Shown: positions 1 to 11,314 of the stretch, one piece after another
How positions within the stretch are numbered: position 1 is the first letter of the stretch
Layout: the number at the start of each line of letters is the position of its first letter
Origin: an uncultured Gemmatimonadales bacterium
GTDB taxonomy: Bacteria; Gemmatimonadota; Gemmatimonadetes; Longimicrobiales; RSA9
Length of the DNA stretch: 64,000 bases
NCBI GenBank assembly: GCA_963798845.1
Contig: CAWCUS010000002.1
Coordinates: 448,001-512,000, forward strand
Direction of reading: 5' to 3'
Notes under the pieces: model-generated
What the model saw: only the letters and a program-made list of their open reading frames with translations
Told to the model about the DNA's origin: nothing
The model's database searches: none
Program-made: the position numbers and the translations under genes

Positions 1-506
1 GCGACCTTGGCGACGAGGTCCATGACCTTGCGCATGGGGGGGGAGGCGCAGATGACGTTGCCGACCGAGTAGCGGGTCCCGAGCTCGGAGCGGAGGCGGC
101 GTGTGAGGTCGACCAGGTGCTTGCGCTCGAGTGCGCGGGCGGTGGTGACGATGAGGGCGGGCGGGCTGACCGGCTTCTCGAGGTAGTCGAAGGCTCCGAG
201 CTTGGTGGCCTCGACGGCGGTCTCAATGGTGCCGTAGCCGGTTATGATGATGACCTCGGTCTCGGGCGAGATGTCCTTGGCGTGGCGGAGGAGCTCGATC
301 CCGCTCATCTCGGGCATCTTGATGTCGAGGAGGAGGAGGTCGAACGTCTCCTTCCGGATCATCTCGAGCCCTTCGCGAGGCGAGGTGGAGGTGTTCACCA
401 CGTAGCCCTCGCCCGTGAGGACGCGGCGGATGCTCTCGCACACCACTTCCTCGTCGTCGACGGCCAGGACGCGGGGGGGCTCGGTCCAGCTCACTTCATC
501 CGTCAT
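1..506 (-). CDS. NtrC-family (sigma54-type) response regulator, N-terminal part; runs off the window start
   Basis: Manual translation MTDEVSWTEPPRVLAVDDEEVVCESIRRVL...LLDIKMPEMSG...ITGYGTIETAVEATKLGAFDYLEKP...ICASPPMRKVMDLVAKV. This is a REC domain plus the linker into an AAA+ domain. ATG overlaps the kinase stop (ATGA). Not in the ORF track. Confidence 0.85.
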   Translation of the reverse strand, partial: MTDEVSWTEPPRVLAVDDEEVVCESIRRVLTGEGYVVNTSTSPREGLEMIRKETFDLLLLDIKMPEMSGIELLRHAKDISPETEVIIITGYGTIETAVEATKLGAFDYLEKPVSPPALIVTTARALERKHLVDLTRRLRSELGTRYSVGNVICASPPMRKVMDLVAKV

Positions 507-2137
507 CGGCTCACAGCCATTGCAGGTTCTTTCGCCGTGGGCAGCAGTATGGTGAACTCGGACCACGACTCGCCATCGCTGTCCACCATGATGGAGCCGC
601 GGTAGCCGCGGACGATCCCGAGCGACACGGCCAGCCCGAGGCCGGAGCCCTGGCCCACGGGCTTGGTGGTGTAGAACGGGTCGAAGATCTTGGAGAAATG
701 TTCCCTTGGGACGCCCGGTCCGGTGTCGCGAACGCGCAGGCGCACCGCCTCGCTGCCGCCGTCCGGCGGCCACTCCACGCCGGGGAAGGCGTCGCGGCGG
801 ACCACGTCGCCGCGGATGCGTATCTCGCCGCCGTTCTCGCCCATGGCGTGGAGCGCGTTCATGATCAGGTTGATGAAGACCTGCATCAGCTGCTGCTCGT
901 TGACGTCGACCACGGGTAGGTCGGGCGCGATCTCCGACTGGACGCGGAAGCCGCCGTTCTGGATCTCGACCTTCACGAGGTCCAGGGCGCGAGCGACAAT
1001 GGGGCCGACTTTGCGCGGCTGCGTCTCGGGCTCTTCCGACTGCTTGCGCGAGTAGTCCAGGAGCTGGCGGATGATGGCGGCGCAGCGGTTCGCCTCCCGC
1101 TCGATCATGCGCAGGTCATCCTGAGCCCCCTCGTTGTCGGGCACGGCCGACTTCACCAGATGGGAGAAGGTGATGATCGCCATGAGCGGGCTGTTCAGCT
1201 CATGGGCGATCCCTGCGGCCACGAGCCCCACGGACGAGAGCTTCTCCGCCTGGAGCACCTGGAACTGCGCCTCGCGCAGCGCCTGCGCCTTCAATGCCAC
1301 GCGCTCCTCCAGCGTGCTGGCCCATTCCTCGAGCTGATGCCGCGAGCTGGCCAGGCTCTCGACCATCTCGTTGAAGGAGTCGGCCAGGATCGCGATCTCC
1401 GGCGCGGTGCCGCGGGGGACCGGGACGGAGCCCGCGCCCTCGACCACACGCCGGGTCGCGCTCACCATGCGCTGGATCGGCCGCCGGACGCTCCAGCGCA
1501 CGAGGAGGAAGAGGAGGAGCGTGATCAGGGTGACGGCGAGGACCGAGATCACGAGGGCGTCGCGGGTGTCCGCGGCCACGCGCTGCTCCGCCGGCGCCAT
1601 GGACATCGCCACGTCGAGGACCCCGAGAACGCTCTGCTGAGCGGGCGTGGCGTGGCATCCTGAGCCCTGACAGCCGAGCTCGTTGCGGATCACGTGGATC
1701 GTGCCCAGGAACCGTTCGCCGTCCGGTCCCGTGTACGTGCGCCAGCGCCGGTCGGGCTCGACCGACGCCCGCGCCTGCCCGTTGGCGTGGCACGTCACGC
1801 ACGCTTCGGAGCCTCGCGGCACCACGCGACCCACCTCCTCCGGATTCGACGAGTACGAGATCCGGCCCTGGCGGTTGTACAGCCGGATGCCCGCGATCCC
1901 CTCGTGCTGGCCCACCATCTCCAGCATTTCCCGCACGCCCTCCCGGTGGTTCAGCTGCATGTCCCGGTGGACGCTCAGGGCAATGGCGTCCGCGATGCTC
2001 TCTGAGCCGTGCACGACTTCCGCCCGCACCTGCTCTCGCTGACGCTGGATCAGGATGAACGAAAGAAGCCCCACGCTCACCAGGGTGAAGAACCCCGCGG
2101 TGAGGGCGATGCGCGTCCCCAAGTTCTTGAAGCTCAT
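503..2137 (-). CDS. Sensor histidine kinase (HAMP, HisKA, HATPase) with a periplasmic domain carrying c-heme-type motifs
   Basis: Two TM segments; CVTCH and CQGSGCH in the sensor loop; AHELNSPL H-box; DTGPG, FDPFYTTK, GSGLGL. GGAGG precedes the ATG at 2137. Confidence 0.9.
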   Translation of the reverse strand: MSFKNLGTRIALTAGFFTLVSVGLLSFILIQRQREQVRAEVVHGSESIADAIALSVHRDMQLNHREGVREMLEMVGQHEGIAGIRLYNRQGRISYSSNPEEVGRVVPRGSEACVTCHANGQARASVEPDRRWRTYTGPDGERFLGTIHVIRNELGCQGSGCHATPAQQSVLGVLDVAMSMAPAEQRVAADTRDALVISVLAVTLITLLLFLLVRWSVRRPIQRMVSATRRVVEGAGSVPVPRGTAPEIAILADSFNEMVESLASSRHQLEEWASTLEERVALKAQALREAQFQVLQAEKLSSVGLVAAGIAHELNSPLMAIITFSHLVKSAVPDNEGAQDDLRMIEREANRCAAIIRQLLDYSRKQSEEPETQPRKVGPIVARALDLVKVEIQNGGFRVQSEIAPDLPVVDVNEQQLMQVFINLIMNALHAMGENGGEIRIRGDVVRRDAFPGVEWPPDGGSEAVRLRVRDTGPGVPREHFSKIFDPFYTTKPVGQGSGLGLAVSLGIVRGYRGSIMVDSDGESWSEFTILLPTAKEPAMAVSR

Positions 2138-2309
2138 GGACCTCCAGCGACAGAGGCCGGGCAGGGGCTGGCTGCGCATTGACGTTCACCTCCGGCGCAA
2201 ACCGTGTCAATGCGGAAATGCACGTGTGGGAGCGTGGGGGGAAGCCCCGCGGGCTGCACCATCCGACTTCGAAGCCCGGACGCTGCAAGGGACGGGGCAG
2301 CGGGCCGGG

Positions 2310-3059
2310 TCAGGCGGGGCCGGGCCAATCGAAGGTCGTCACGCGGACGACAGGGGATTCGAGGGCGACGGCGGCCACGTGGGCAGTGGGGGCGGGGATC
2401 TCGACCACGGCCCAGCCATTCGTGCGCTGGTGCATTTCGGACGTGAGGGCCAGGAGGCCGGGCCCGTTCGTGGCATCGGGGTCGACTGCGAAGGAGCGCA
2501 GGTCGCCGGCGCCAAGACCCAGCCCGACGCCCTTCACGAAAGCTTCCTTCATGACCCAGTGGCGCAGGAAGAGACGCGCTCGCCCGGGCGGGGTGGTGGC
2601 CAGGATCCGGGCCAGCTCGGGGGCCGCGAAGAAGCGCCGGGCGATACCCTCGGCGTCGGGCGCGCGGTCCAGGCGCTCGACATCCACGCCTACGCGTGCG
2701 TCCAGCGCCACGGCGACCAGCACCGCGTCTCCGGAATGAGAGAGATTGAATTCGACGCTGCGCTTCGCGCTTCCGGGCGCCAGGCGCGGCTTCCCGTGCG
2801 GGCCGGTGCGGAAGCGGATCGTGTCGGGCTCGAGGCCGGCGTACCGGCCCAGAATCACTCGAAGGAGGCCGTGCGCGATGCGGAAGCGGAGGCCGTCGGC
2901 CTCGCGACGGAACCGGTCCGCGCGGTCCCGCTCGTCCTGGGAAAGCAACGGGGGCAGCGTCGCCTCGAGCGTCGGGTCAGGCCCGCAGCGGGCGCGCCAG
3001 ACGTGGACCTCGCCGGGGCCGACCGGTGGCGTTCCGGCCGGAAGGAGAGGTGGGTTCAT
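2310..3059 (-). CDS. Sfp-type 4'-phosphopantetheinyl transferase; in frame with the NRPS as written, probably a separate gene
   Basis: GKP, FNLSHS, VGVDVE and WVMKEAFVKGVG motifs. Own ATG at 3059 overlaps a TGA at 3056-3058 that would end the frame-corrected NRPS. Confidence 0.88.
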   Translation of the reverse strand: MNPPLLPAGTPPVGPGEVHVWRARCGPDPTLEATLPPLLSQDERDRADRFRREADGLRFRIAHGLLRVILGRYAGLEPDTIRFRTGPHGKPRLAPGSAKRSVEFNLSHSGDAVLVAVALDARVGVDVERLDRAPDAEGIARRFFAAPELARILATTPPGRARLFLRHWVMKEAFVKGVGLGLGAGDLRSFAVDPDATNGPGLLALTSEMHQRTNGWAVVEIPAPTAHVAAVALESPVVRVTTFDWPGPA

Positions 3060-6000
3060 GAGGCGGTTCGGCCCTGCTTGGGGGATCCGGCCCGGCGCAG
3101 CAGGCGGCCGAGCAGGCGGCCCAGAGGCTGACTGTCGTCCGTGAGCAGACTCGAGATGGTCGCCGCTCATGGAGTACACTTCGGCGCGATCGGCGACCCG
3201 CGCCCAGAGCCGAGGTGATGTCGAGGAGGAGACTGTCTCGTCCGCTTCGGCTGCTACGACCACAAGCTCGCCGCGAAAGTGTTCGGGAACGTATCCCCGC
3301 ATGGCCCGAGCGAAGTAGTCGGCACGTGCCAGGTGCTCGTTGTGGGGGCGAGGCGGCGTCGGATCTGCAGACCCTCTCAGCCGGCCGACGGTGTGGATGA
3401 GTCGTGCCGCGACGCGTCTGCTCTCTCCCACCACCCAGGTGGCGAGGACCGCCGCCCGCCGCACGCCGGCGAGGTGCGGACCCGCCGTCGCGCCCGCGCC
3501 GATCCAGCCGGAGACGAGCCGTTGGGCCGACCTGCGCGTGGCGTGGAAGAGGGCGCGCCGGCGCTGAGACGGGAGGTGAACCATCCGGGAAACCCGGTCC
3601 AGGAACGCGGCGTAGCGGGCCAGCCCGACGTTGCGACCCGGCGCATCCACGAGGACGAGCAGTTCCACGGTCTCTCCCGCTGCCACGAGTCGCTGGGCGG
3701 CTTCGAAGGCCACCACTCCGCCGTTGCAGTGTCCGCCGAGACGATAGGGTCCGTGCGGGCGGACCCGGCGCACTTCACGGAGGAGGTCGTCGGCCATTTC
3801 TTCGATGGTTTCCGGACCACCTGGCTGATGGGGGTGGACGATGTAGACCGGCTGACTCTCGTCGAACTCGGCCACCAGCCCGCGAGAGTAGAGGCCCGCC
3901 CCGTTGAAGTCGCCGTGGAAGAGGAAGAACGGGGCGATCCGGGTGTCGCCCTCCCGAACCCGGACGACGGGCGAAGCGGTTTCCAACTCCTGACTGGCAA
4001 GGACCCGGGCGAGGTGAGCCACGGTGGGCTCTTCGAACAGCACCCGCAGCTCCAGATGCCGGCCGGTGGCGGCTTCCACACGCCGGATCATCTCGAGTGC
4101 GAGGAGCGAATGCCCCCCCAGGTCGAAGAAGCTGTCCCGGGCGCCCACGGCCTCGACGCCGAGGAGAGCCGTCCAGATGTCAGCGATCTGGCGCCTGAGC
4201 GGATCTCCCAGGGGGCGAGCCCCGCTGGCCCGTTCCGTACCTGTCGTCGTCAGCGCCTGCCGGTCCACCTTCCCGCTGGCCGTGAGCGGGAGAGCGTTCA
4301 GCGTGAACAGAACGCTCGGGACCATGTAGGCCGGGAGGTGCTGGCGGAGCTGGTCCTGCAATCGCGTCCGGTCCAGGTCGTCCGGACCTGCCACATAGGC
4401 GACGAGGTGGCGGCCCGGCCCTTCGCCCTGGAGCACGACCGCCGCGTCGCGCACGTCCTCGCATCGCCGCAGCGCCCCCTCCACTTCACCCAGCTCGATG
4501 CGGAATCCCCGCAACTTCACCTGGGTATCGAGTCGCCCGCCGAACTCGAGCTCCCCGTCCAGGTTCCAGCGAGCGCGGTCGCCGGTGCGGTAGAGCCGGC
4601 GACCGGGTGAGTCGGCGAACGGGTCGGGAATGAAGCGGTCCGCACCGGCCGTCGCGGCGCCGAGATAGCCGGCGGCCACACCTGCGCCGCCCACGTGCAG
4701 GTCGCCCCAGAGTCCACGTGGCTGTGGCTTTCCGCGGGAGTCCAGGACCCAGGCGGTGGAGTTGGCGATCGGCCGCCCGATCGGCAGTGTGGTCGCGCCG
4801 GGCGGGACGCCCCTTACGGCATACCAGGTGGAGAAGGTGGTGTTCTCGGTGGGGCCGTAGACGTGGAGCAGGCGCTCGGGCGGAGATCCGCTCTCCAGCA
4901 CACGACGGGCGGCCTCCGCGTCGGCGGTCTCGCCCCCGAACAGGAGATGGCGGAGGGAGCCGAACGCCGCGGGGCGCTCACGGGTCACCTGATTGAAGAG
5001 AGCGGTGGTCAGGAAGAGCGTCGTGATGCCCCGCTCGTGGAGGAAACGCTCGAGCTCGCGAGGCGAGTGCAGGCGCGGGCCCGGAATGGTCAGGCGAGCG
5101 CCGTTGAGGAGTGCTCCCCAGATCTCGAACGTGGCGGCATCGAAGCTGGGTGTGGACGCCTGGGCCACCACGTCGTCCGCCCGGAGCTCCACGTAGTCGG
5201 AGCCCAGGACCAGTCGCACGATCGCCCGATGGGGCACGGCCACGCCCTTCGGCCGGCCCGTGCTTCCGGACGTGTAGATGACGTAGGCGAGGTCGTCGGC
5301 GGCCCCGGCGACGAAGGTCGCGGGCGGCGCCTCGTCTGCCCGTTCAGGATCGGCGCCGAGCTCCACGACCTCGACGCCGGTGCCCCGGAGGCCAGGAAGC
5401 GCCGGGGTCGCCGCGATCACGCGAGCTATGGCCGCGTCCTCGATCAGGAGCTCCAGCCTCTGCTGCGGGAGCATCGGGTCGAGCGGGACGTAGCAGCCGC
5501 CCGCCTTGAGGATGCCGAGCAGCGCGACCACCAGCGGCGCGCCGCGCTCCATGCACACGCCCACGCGCTCGCCGGGTTCGAGCCCCGAGGCAAGCAGACG
5601 ACGGGCGAGCGCTCCACTGCGGGCGTCGAGATCGGCGTATGTGAGGCGCTCGCGCGTGTCCTCCACGGCCACTGCGTCGGGCGTCCGGGCGGCCGCGGCG
5701 GCGAACAGCTCGTGCACCGTCCCTTCCGGGAGCGGCCGCCCGGTCCGGTTCCAATCGAGCGCCCACCGGCGCTCCTCATCGGAGCAGAGGTCCAGGTCGG
5801 CCACGGGCCGGTGAGGGTCCGCCAAGGCCGCGGACACGAGCGTGAGGAAGAGCTCGAGGAAGTGGGCGGCTGTGCGGGGCTGGAAGAGGTCGCCGTCGTA
5901 TTCAAGACGCAGCTCGAGCCCGTCCGCGGCGGGAGAAGACGCGAGGAAGAGGTCGAACTTGGAGGTGCCCGTGTGCAGCGCGATGCGCTCCACCACGAGG

Positions 6001-9000
6001 CCATGCAGCCGCGGCACGCGCCGACCGTCCGGATCCAGCGCGAATGCCACCTGTGTCAGGGGGTTGGCGCTGCCGTCCCGCTCGACCCCGCTGGCCTCGA
6101 CCATGGCCTCGAGGGGCACCGCCTCATCGCCGTAGATCGCGAGCATGGCGGCCCGAACGCGGCCCAGGGCGTCGGCGAACGACAGCTCGCCGGCGAAATC
6201 GACGCGGATCGGAACCGTGTTGGCGAAAAGGCCGATGAGCGGCTCGAGCTCCGGGCGGGGTCGACCGGCCATCGGCGTCCCGACCACGATGTCATCCTGG
6301 CCGGTGAGCCGGGAGAGCAGCACCTGGAACGTGGCGAGGAGCGCCATGTGGAGGGTGCATCGCTCCCGCTCGGCAAGCTGGCGAAGCTCTTCCAGCAGGT
6401 GATCGGGCAGCCGCGCTCGACACTGTCCACCGGCCTTGCCACGCGTTCCCGCGCGAGGCCGGTCGGTGGGAAGCTCGAGCGCCCGGGCTCCGTGCAGCCG
6501 CTTCGACCACCGTTCGAGGCCCGGCCGCAGGAGTACCTCGTGCCGACGCTGCCAGGTCGCGTAGGCACCGTAGGAGACAGGGACATCCCGCAGGCTCGGC
6601 TCGGCACCCGTCACGGCCGCCCCGTAGAGCGTTTCCAGCTCCTCGAAGAGGATGTTCCCGGACTCGCCATCGGCGGCGATGTGGTGAATACACAGGAAGA
6701 GCGCGTGCTCGCCGGCGCCGTGCCGGAAGAGCCGGGCGCGGAAGGGAATCTCCTTCCCCAGGTCGAACGGTCGGCGCGCCTCCTCTTCCAGCCGTCGCAT
6801 GACCGTGGCGCGGGGATCCTCCGGGCCGCTGGCGATGTCTTCGACCACGAGCTCAAAGGCGTCTGCACGGGTGGTGACCTGGACGGGCCCGTCCGCCCCC
6901 TCCCGGATGCGGGTCCGGAGCGGCTCGTGCCGCTGGACGATCCGGCGCAGGGCGTCACTCAGCGCCGGGGCATCCAGCGGGCCGTCAATACGGAATGCCC
7001 ACGGGATGTTGTACGTGGCCCGTCCCGGGTCCAGCCGATCGAGGAACCACAAGCGCCGCTGCCCGAAGGAGAGGGGGGCGAGACTATCGCTCCGGGGATC
7101 CACCGGAGGGAACGTGAAGCCCGTACTCTGGCGGCCGGGTTCCAGGAACGCGGCCAGGCCCGCCACGGTGGCATGCTCGAAGATCGCGCGGAGCGGGACC
7201 TCCATGCCGAGCGCGGCCTCAGCGCGCCCCGCGACCCGCATGGCCGCCAGGGAGTGGCCGCCCGCTTCGAAGAAGTCCACGTTCCGCCCGATCGGCCGGA
7301 CCCCGAGAACGCCCTCCCAGATCTCACACAGCGTGGTCTCCAGCGGGTTCCGGGGCGGCTCGTGCGGTGTCGCCCCGACCGGATCGGGATCCGGGAGGCT
7401 CCGCCGGTCGACCTTGCCGTTGGGCAGGAGGGGCAGCTCCGCGAGCCGCACGAAGGCCGCCGGGATCATGTGTTCCGGGAGGGAGCGGCGCAGGTGGGCA
7501 CCGAGGACGTCCGGGTGGAACGCGCCGCGGGCAGGCACCACGTAGGCCACCAGACGGAGGTCGCCCGCGCCGTCCCGCCGCGGGATCACCACCGCGTGGC
7601 GCACCGAAGGATGGCTCCCCAGGGCCGCCACGACCTCTCCTGGCTCGATGCGGAACCCGCGGATCTTGACCTGGTCGTCCGCCCGGCCGAGGAAGTCCAG
7701 GGCGCCATCCTCGCGGCGCCGGACGATGTCGCCGGTCCGGAACAGGCGCGCTCCTCGCACGGCCGAAAACGGGTCCGGGATGAACCGTTCTGCCGTCAGC
7801 TCGGGGCGATCGTGGTAGCCCCGGGCGACGCAGGATCCGCCAATGTACAGCTCGCCGGCAACCCCCGGCGGCACCACATCGAGCCGCTCGTCAAGGACGT
7901 GCACATCCACGTTGGCCATGGGGTGCCCGATCGGGACCACGTGTCCTTCCCCTGACGTTGGCCGCGTCAGCTCCTGGACGGTGGCCCAGACCGTTGTCTC
8001 CGTCGGCCCGTAGACATTGAAGAGGGACGCGCCCCGGCCATGACGGCGCCAGAGTGCGAGCCGGTCCGGGCGGGCCGCTTCGCCCCCAATGATCATGGCG
8101 CGCACTGCGGACGGGATCTCGAGACCATCCTCCTCCATGGAAACCACCATCTCGTGCCAGAAGGCGGTGTTGACCCGAAGCAGCGTCACACCTCTCTCTT
8201 CGCACGCGCGCAGGAAGCGGGGGACCGATGCGAGCATGGCGGGCGTGCACACCACCACGGCCGCGCCGGCCGCGAGGGGGGTGAAGATCTCGGCGACGGA
8301 CGCGTCGAAATTGATGGACGAGAACTGGAGCCCGCGGTCGGCCGGCCCGACCTGGTACAGGTCCCGCCCGGCCCGGACCAGGTTGACGACGGAACCATGC
8401 GTGACCTCCACACCCTTGGGCGTGCCCGTGGAGCCTGAGGTGTAAATGATGTAGGCGAGCGGGTCCGGGGGAGCGGGCCCGGCCGCGCCGGAAGGAGAAG
8501 TCCGCGGAGCGTCGTGCGTTCCCGGGTCGTCCAGGCAGAGGGCGGGGATCGACTGGAGCGGCAGGCGCGAGCGCAGCCGCCGGGTTGTGACGATGGCCTC
8601 CATCCCCGAATCGTGGGCGATGAACGCCAGGCGCTCCGACGGATAGTCGGGGTCGAGGGGGACATAGGCGCCGCCTGCCTTGAGAATCCCGAGCAGAGCA
8701 ACGATCTGGCCCGGGGACCGTTCGACGAAGACACCGACGCGGCTTTCCGGGGCGAGCCCGACCGCTCGCAGCCGCGCGGCGAGCTGGTCGGCCCGGTGGT
8801 TCAGGTCGTCGCGAGAGAGCACCTCGCCCTCGCCGATGACGGCCGTGGCTCCCGGTTCGCGGGCCGCCTGCGCCTCCACCAGGGTGTGGATGCGGGACTC
8901 AGGGGAAAGGGGGCGGCGGGGTCCGCGGCCGGCCTCGATCAGGCGTGCGCGCTCCTCGGGTCGGAGCAGGGATGCAGCGGCGATCGCGCCGTCGGGGTCG

Positions 9001-10433
9001 GCCACGAGACCCTCGAGGAGTGTCTCCAGCTGGGTCAGGAGGCGGCGCACGTAGCCGGGATCGAATAGCTCGAGGCTGTAGGTCAGAACACACTCGAGTC
9101 CTCCGTGTGCGCGCGTGACGTCCAGACTGAGATCGAGCAGGCTCCGGCCGTGGAAGCCCGCGCGCGCTTCCACGTCCAGGCCCTCGAACTCCGCCGGTGG
9201 GTGCGGGAGGATCCGGTCGTTGAACGCAATCTGGAAGACCGGCGTGATGCCGGCCGCACGAGTGAGCCTCAGGTCCGCGACCACGCGATCGAACGGCACG
9301 GCCTGATGGGCGAAGGCCTCCAGCAGTCCGCTACGGACCCGATCCACCACCTGTCGAAACGACGGGTCGCCCGAGAGCTCGGAGCGAACCGGGAGCATGT
9401 TGACGAAGTACCCGACCAGATCCTCCTGCTCGCTGCGAGTACGGCCGGCAATGGGCACGCCCACCACGAGGTCGCGAGCACCGGAGTGGCGAGAAAGGAG
9501 GACCTGAAACGCGGCCAGGAGAACGGCGGAGTCGGTCGCGCCCTGCTGCCGGCCCAGCTCCCGCAGGCCACTCACCAGTCGCTCCGGCAGACGCCGCTCC
9601 TCCTGAGCCGCCGCATAGGTGCGGTGCGCCCTGCGCGGGCGGGTGGGCGGGAGCGTCGACTCCGGCGGCGCACCGTGCAGCCGGAGTCGCCAGTAATCGA
9701 GCTCGCGAGCGAGCCGGCCGGACTCCAGGCGCTCCGCTTCCCAGGCGGCGTAGTCACCGTACTGGATCGGGAGGGGCGGGAGCGTCGGATCCCCTCGCAG
9801 GGCACCCCGGTAGGCCGCAGCGAGATCACGCAGGAACACGCCCGTGGACCAGCCGTCGAAGGCAATGTGGTGGAATACCAGGTGGAGGAGGTGGTCTCCG
9901 GCCGCGAACCGAAACAGCTTGGCCCGGACGACCTCTCCAGCCGCAAGATCGAACGGCCGGAGCGCATCGGACCTCGCCTCCTCCCGCCAGGCCGCGGTCT
10001 GGGCTACGTCCGAATCGCCGACCCCTGCCGATCGCCGTTCCGACGCCGCCACATCGACTTTCGGCAGCGCCAGCCCGTGGCCCGGAACGACCCGCTGACT
10101 GAGGGCGCCGTCGGTCCCCATCTCGTAGCACGTGCGCAAGATCTCGTGTCGACGAACGACCTCCCCCAGCGCGCGCTCCAGGGCTGCGACCTCCAACGGC
10201 CCCCGCAGTCGGACTTCCTTGGGGAGGTGGTAGGCCGCGCTGCCCGGCTCGAGTCGCTCGAAAAACCAGACCTGCTGCTGCCGGGACGAGAGCGGCGCTT
10301 CGCTGGCCGCCGCCCTGTGCGGGATCGGCGCCCCGACGGCGGTGGGCGGCGCGCCCTCGCGGGCGCGGCGAGCGAGCATCTCCCGGGCCGCAGGGGAAAG
10401 CCCGGAAAGGCCCTCCGGTAACGGGTCGGCCAT
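3056..10433 (-). CDS. Two-module NRPS, C-A-T-C-A-T-TE; reads through into the PPTase because of an apparent +1 base near 3151
   Basis: C domains HHIAFDGWS and HHIAADGES. A cores YTSGSTGxPKG, YGPTE, RTGD, QVKxRGFRIE, GKVDR occur twice. T domains FFEAGGHSL and FFDLGGHSL. TE GGHCNGG ... GDH. Confidence 0.95.
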
Positions 10434-11314
10434 CAGGGCGACGGGTGGTCGGGGTCCACGGTCACGACGGTTCCGGCCCCGGGGCGCGCGCCGCCACGGA
10501 GGTTCTCCTCGAGAATGGCGTTGCAGTCGGCCACTCCGGGATAATCGGGGCCCGCCCCCTCCAGACGTCCGCCGTCCGCAGCGAGCCGTCTCAACGCCTG
10601 GTCGATGGAGTGCTGTGCGGCGAACAGACAGGGCGTGCTGTAGATCGCCAGGTCGATCCCCGCCGAGGCCAGCTCCTCGAGGGATCGCGGCTCGGCCTTG
10701 CCCCCGGCGATCTGGTTGAATGCCCAGGGACGGTCGACTTCCCTTCGCAGTGTGCGGACCACCTCGAGATCGACCCCGTCCACCAGCACGGCGTCGGCGC
10801 CCGCCTGTGCGAAGGCCCGTACTCGCCGAAGCGCCTCCGCCGGCTCGCTCGCGTCGGTCCGGGCAACGACCAGGAGATCGGAGCGGGCCTCGAGCACCCG
10901 CTCCAGTTTCGACAGGTACTCATCCAGCTCCAGCAGCTGCTTGCCTTCGAGGTGACCGCACTTGCGCGGGCGCCGCTGGTCCTCCAGCACCACGCCGGAC
11001 GCGCCGGCCTGCTCGAGTGTGGCAGTCACGCGGGCGGCCACCACGGCATCGCCGTAGCCGTCGTCGATGTCCACCAGGAGGTGGTGGTCCGGCAGGACCC
11101 CGCGGACCCGGTGGACCAGCGAGACGATGTCGGGCCATGCCACGAAGCCCACGTCCGGCAGCCCGTAATGGCTGGCGGCCAGGCCGAAGCCACTGAGGAA
11201 CAGGGCATCGAAGTGGCGTGCGGCCAGGGACGCGGAGAACACGTCGTAGATGCCGATGAACGGGACGGTGGCGCCTCCCGCCAATCGTTCCCGCACCTCT
11301 GTGCCGGCGCTCAT
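10433..11314 (-). CDS. Isocitrate lyase/PEP mutase superfamily C-C lyase, oxaloacetate acetylhydrolase-like
   Basis: C-terminal part of track ORF 10433..12364, from MSAGTEV. Motifs DIDDGYG, LEDQRRPRKCGH, ARTDA, AIYST. Start and stop overlap both neighbours (ATGA, TGATG). Confidence 0.85.
   Translation of the reverse strand: MSAGTEVRERLAGGATVPFIGIYDVFSASLAARHFDALFLSGFGLAASHYGLPDVGFVAWPDIVSLVHRVRGVLPDHHLLVDIDDGYGDAVVAARVTATLEQAGASGVVLEDQRRPRKCGHLEGKQLLELDEYLSKLERVLEARSDLLVVARTDASEPAEALRRVRAFAQAGADAVLVDGVDLEVVRTLRREVDRPWAFNQIAGGKAEPRSLEELASAGIDLAIYSTPCLFAAQHSIDQALRRLAADGGRLEGAGPDYPGVADCNAILEENLRGGARPGAGTVVTVDPDHPSP

Noticed and set aside
2310..3200. Natural NRPS-TE-PPTase fusion (2707-aa ORF)
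   Set aside because: Removing one base after GDH gives a normal TE end (HLxLLTDDSQPLGRLLGRLL...*) whose TGA overlaps the PPTase ATG. The site shares the AGATG context of four other indels. Probably an artefact, though reads are needed to exclude a real fusion.
4695..7955. Long antisense or alternate-frame ORFs (e.g. 4695..7955, 27639..30428, the first part of 37927..41022, 46725..49385)
   Set aside because: These are shadow ORFs expected at high GC; they have no motifs and overlap well-supported genes.
10433..11314. Phosphonate cluster via PEP mutase
   Set aside because: There is no EDKxxxxxNS motif, the KCGH loop is lyase-type, and no phosphonopyruvate-processing genes are present.
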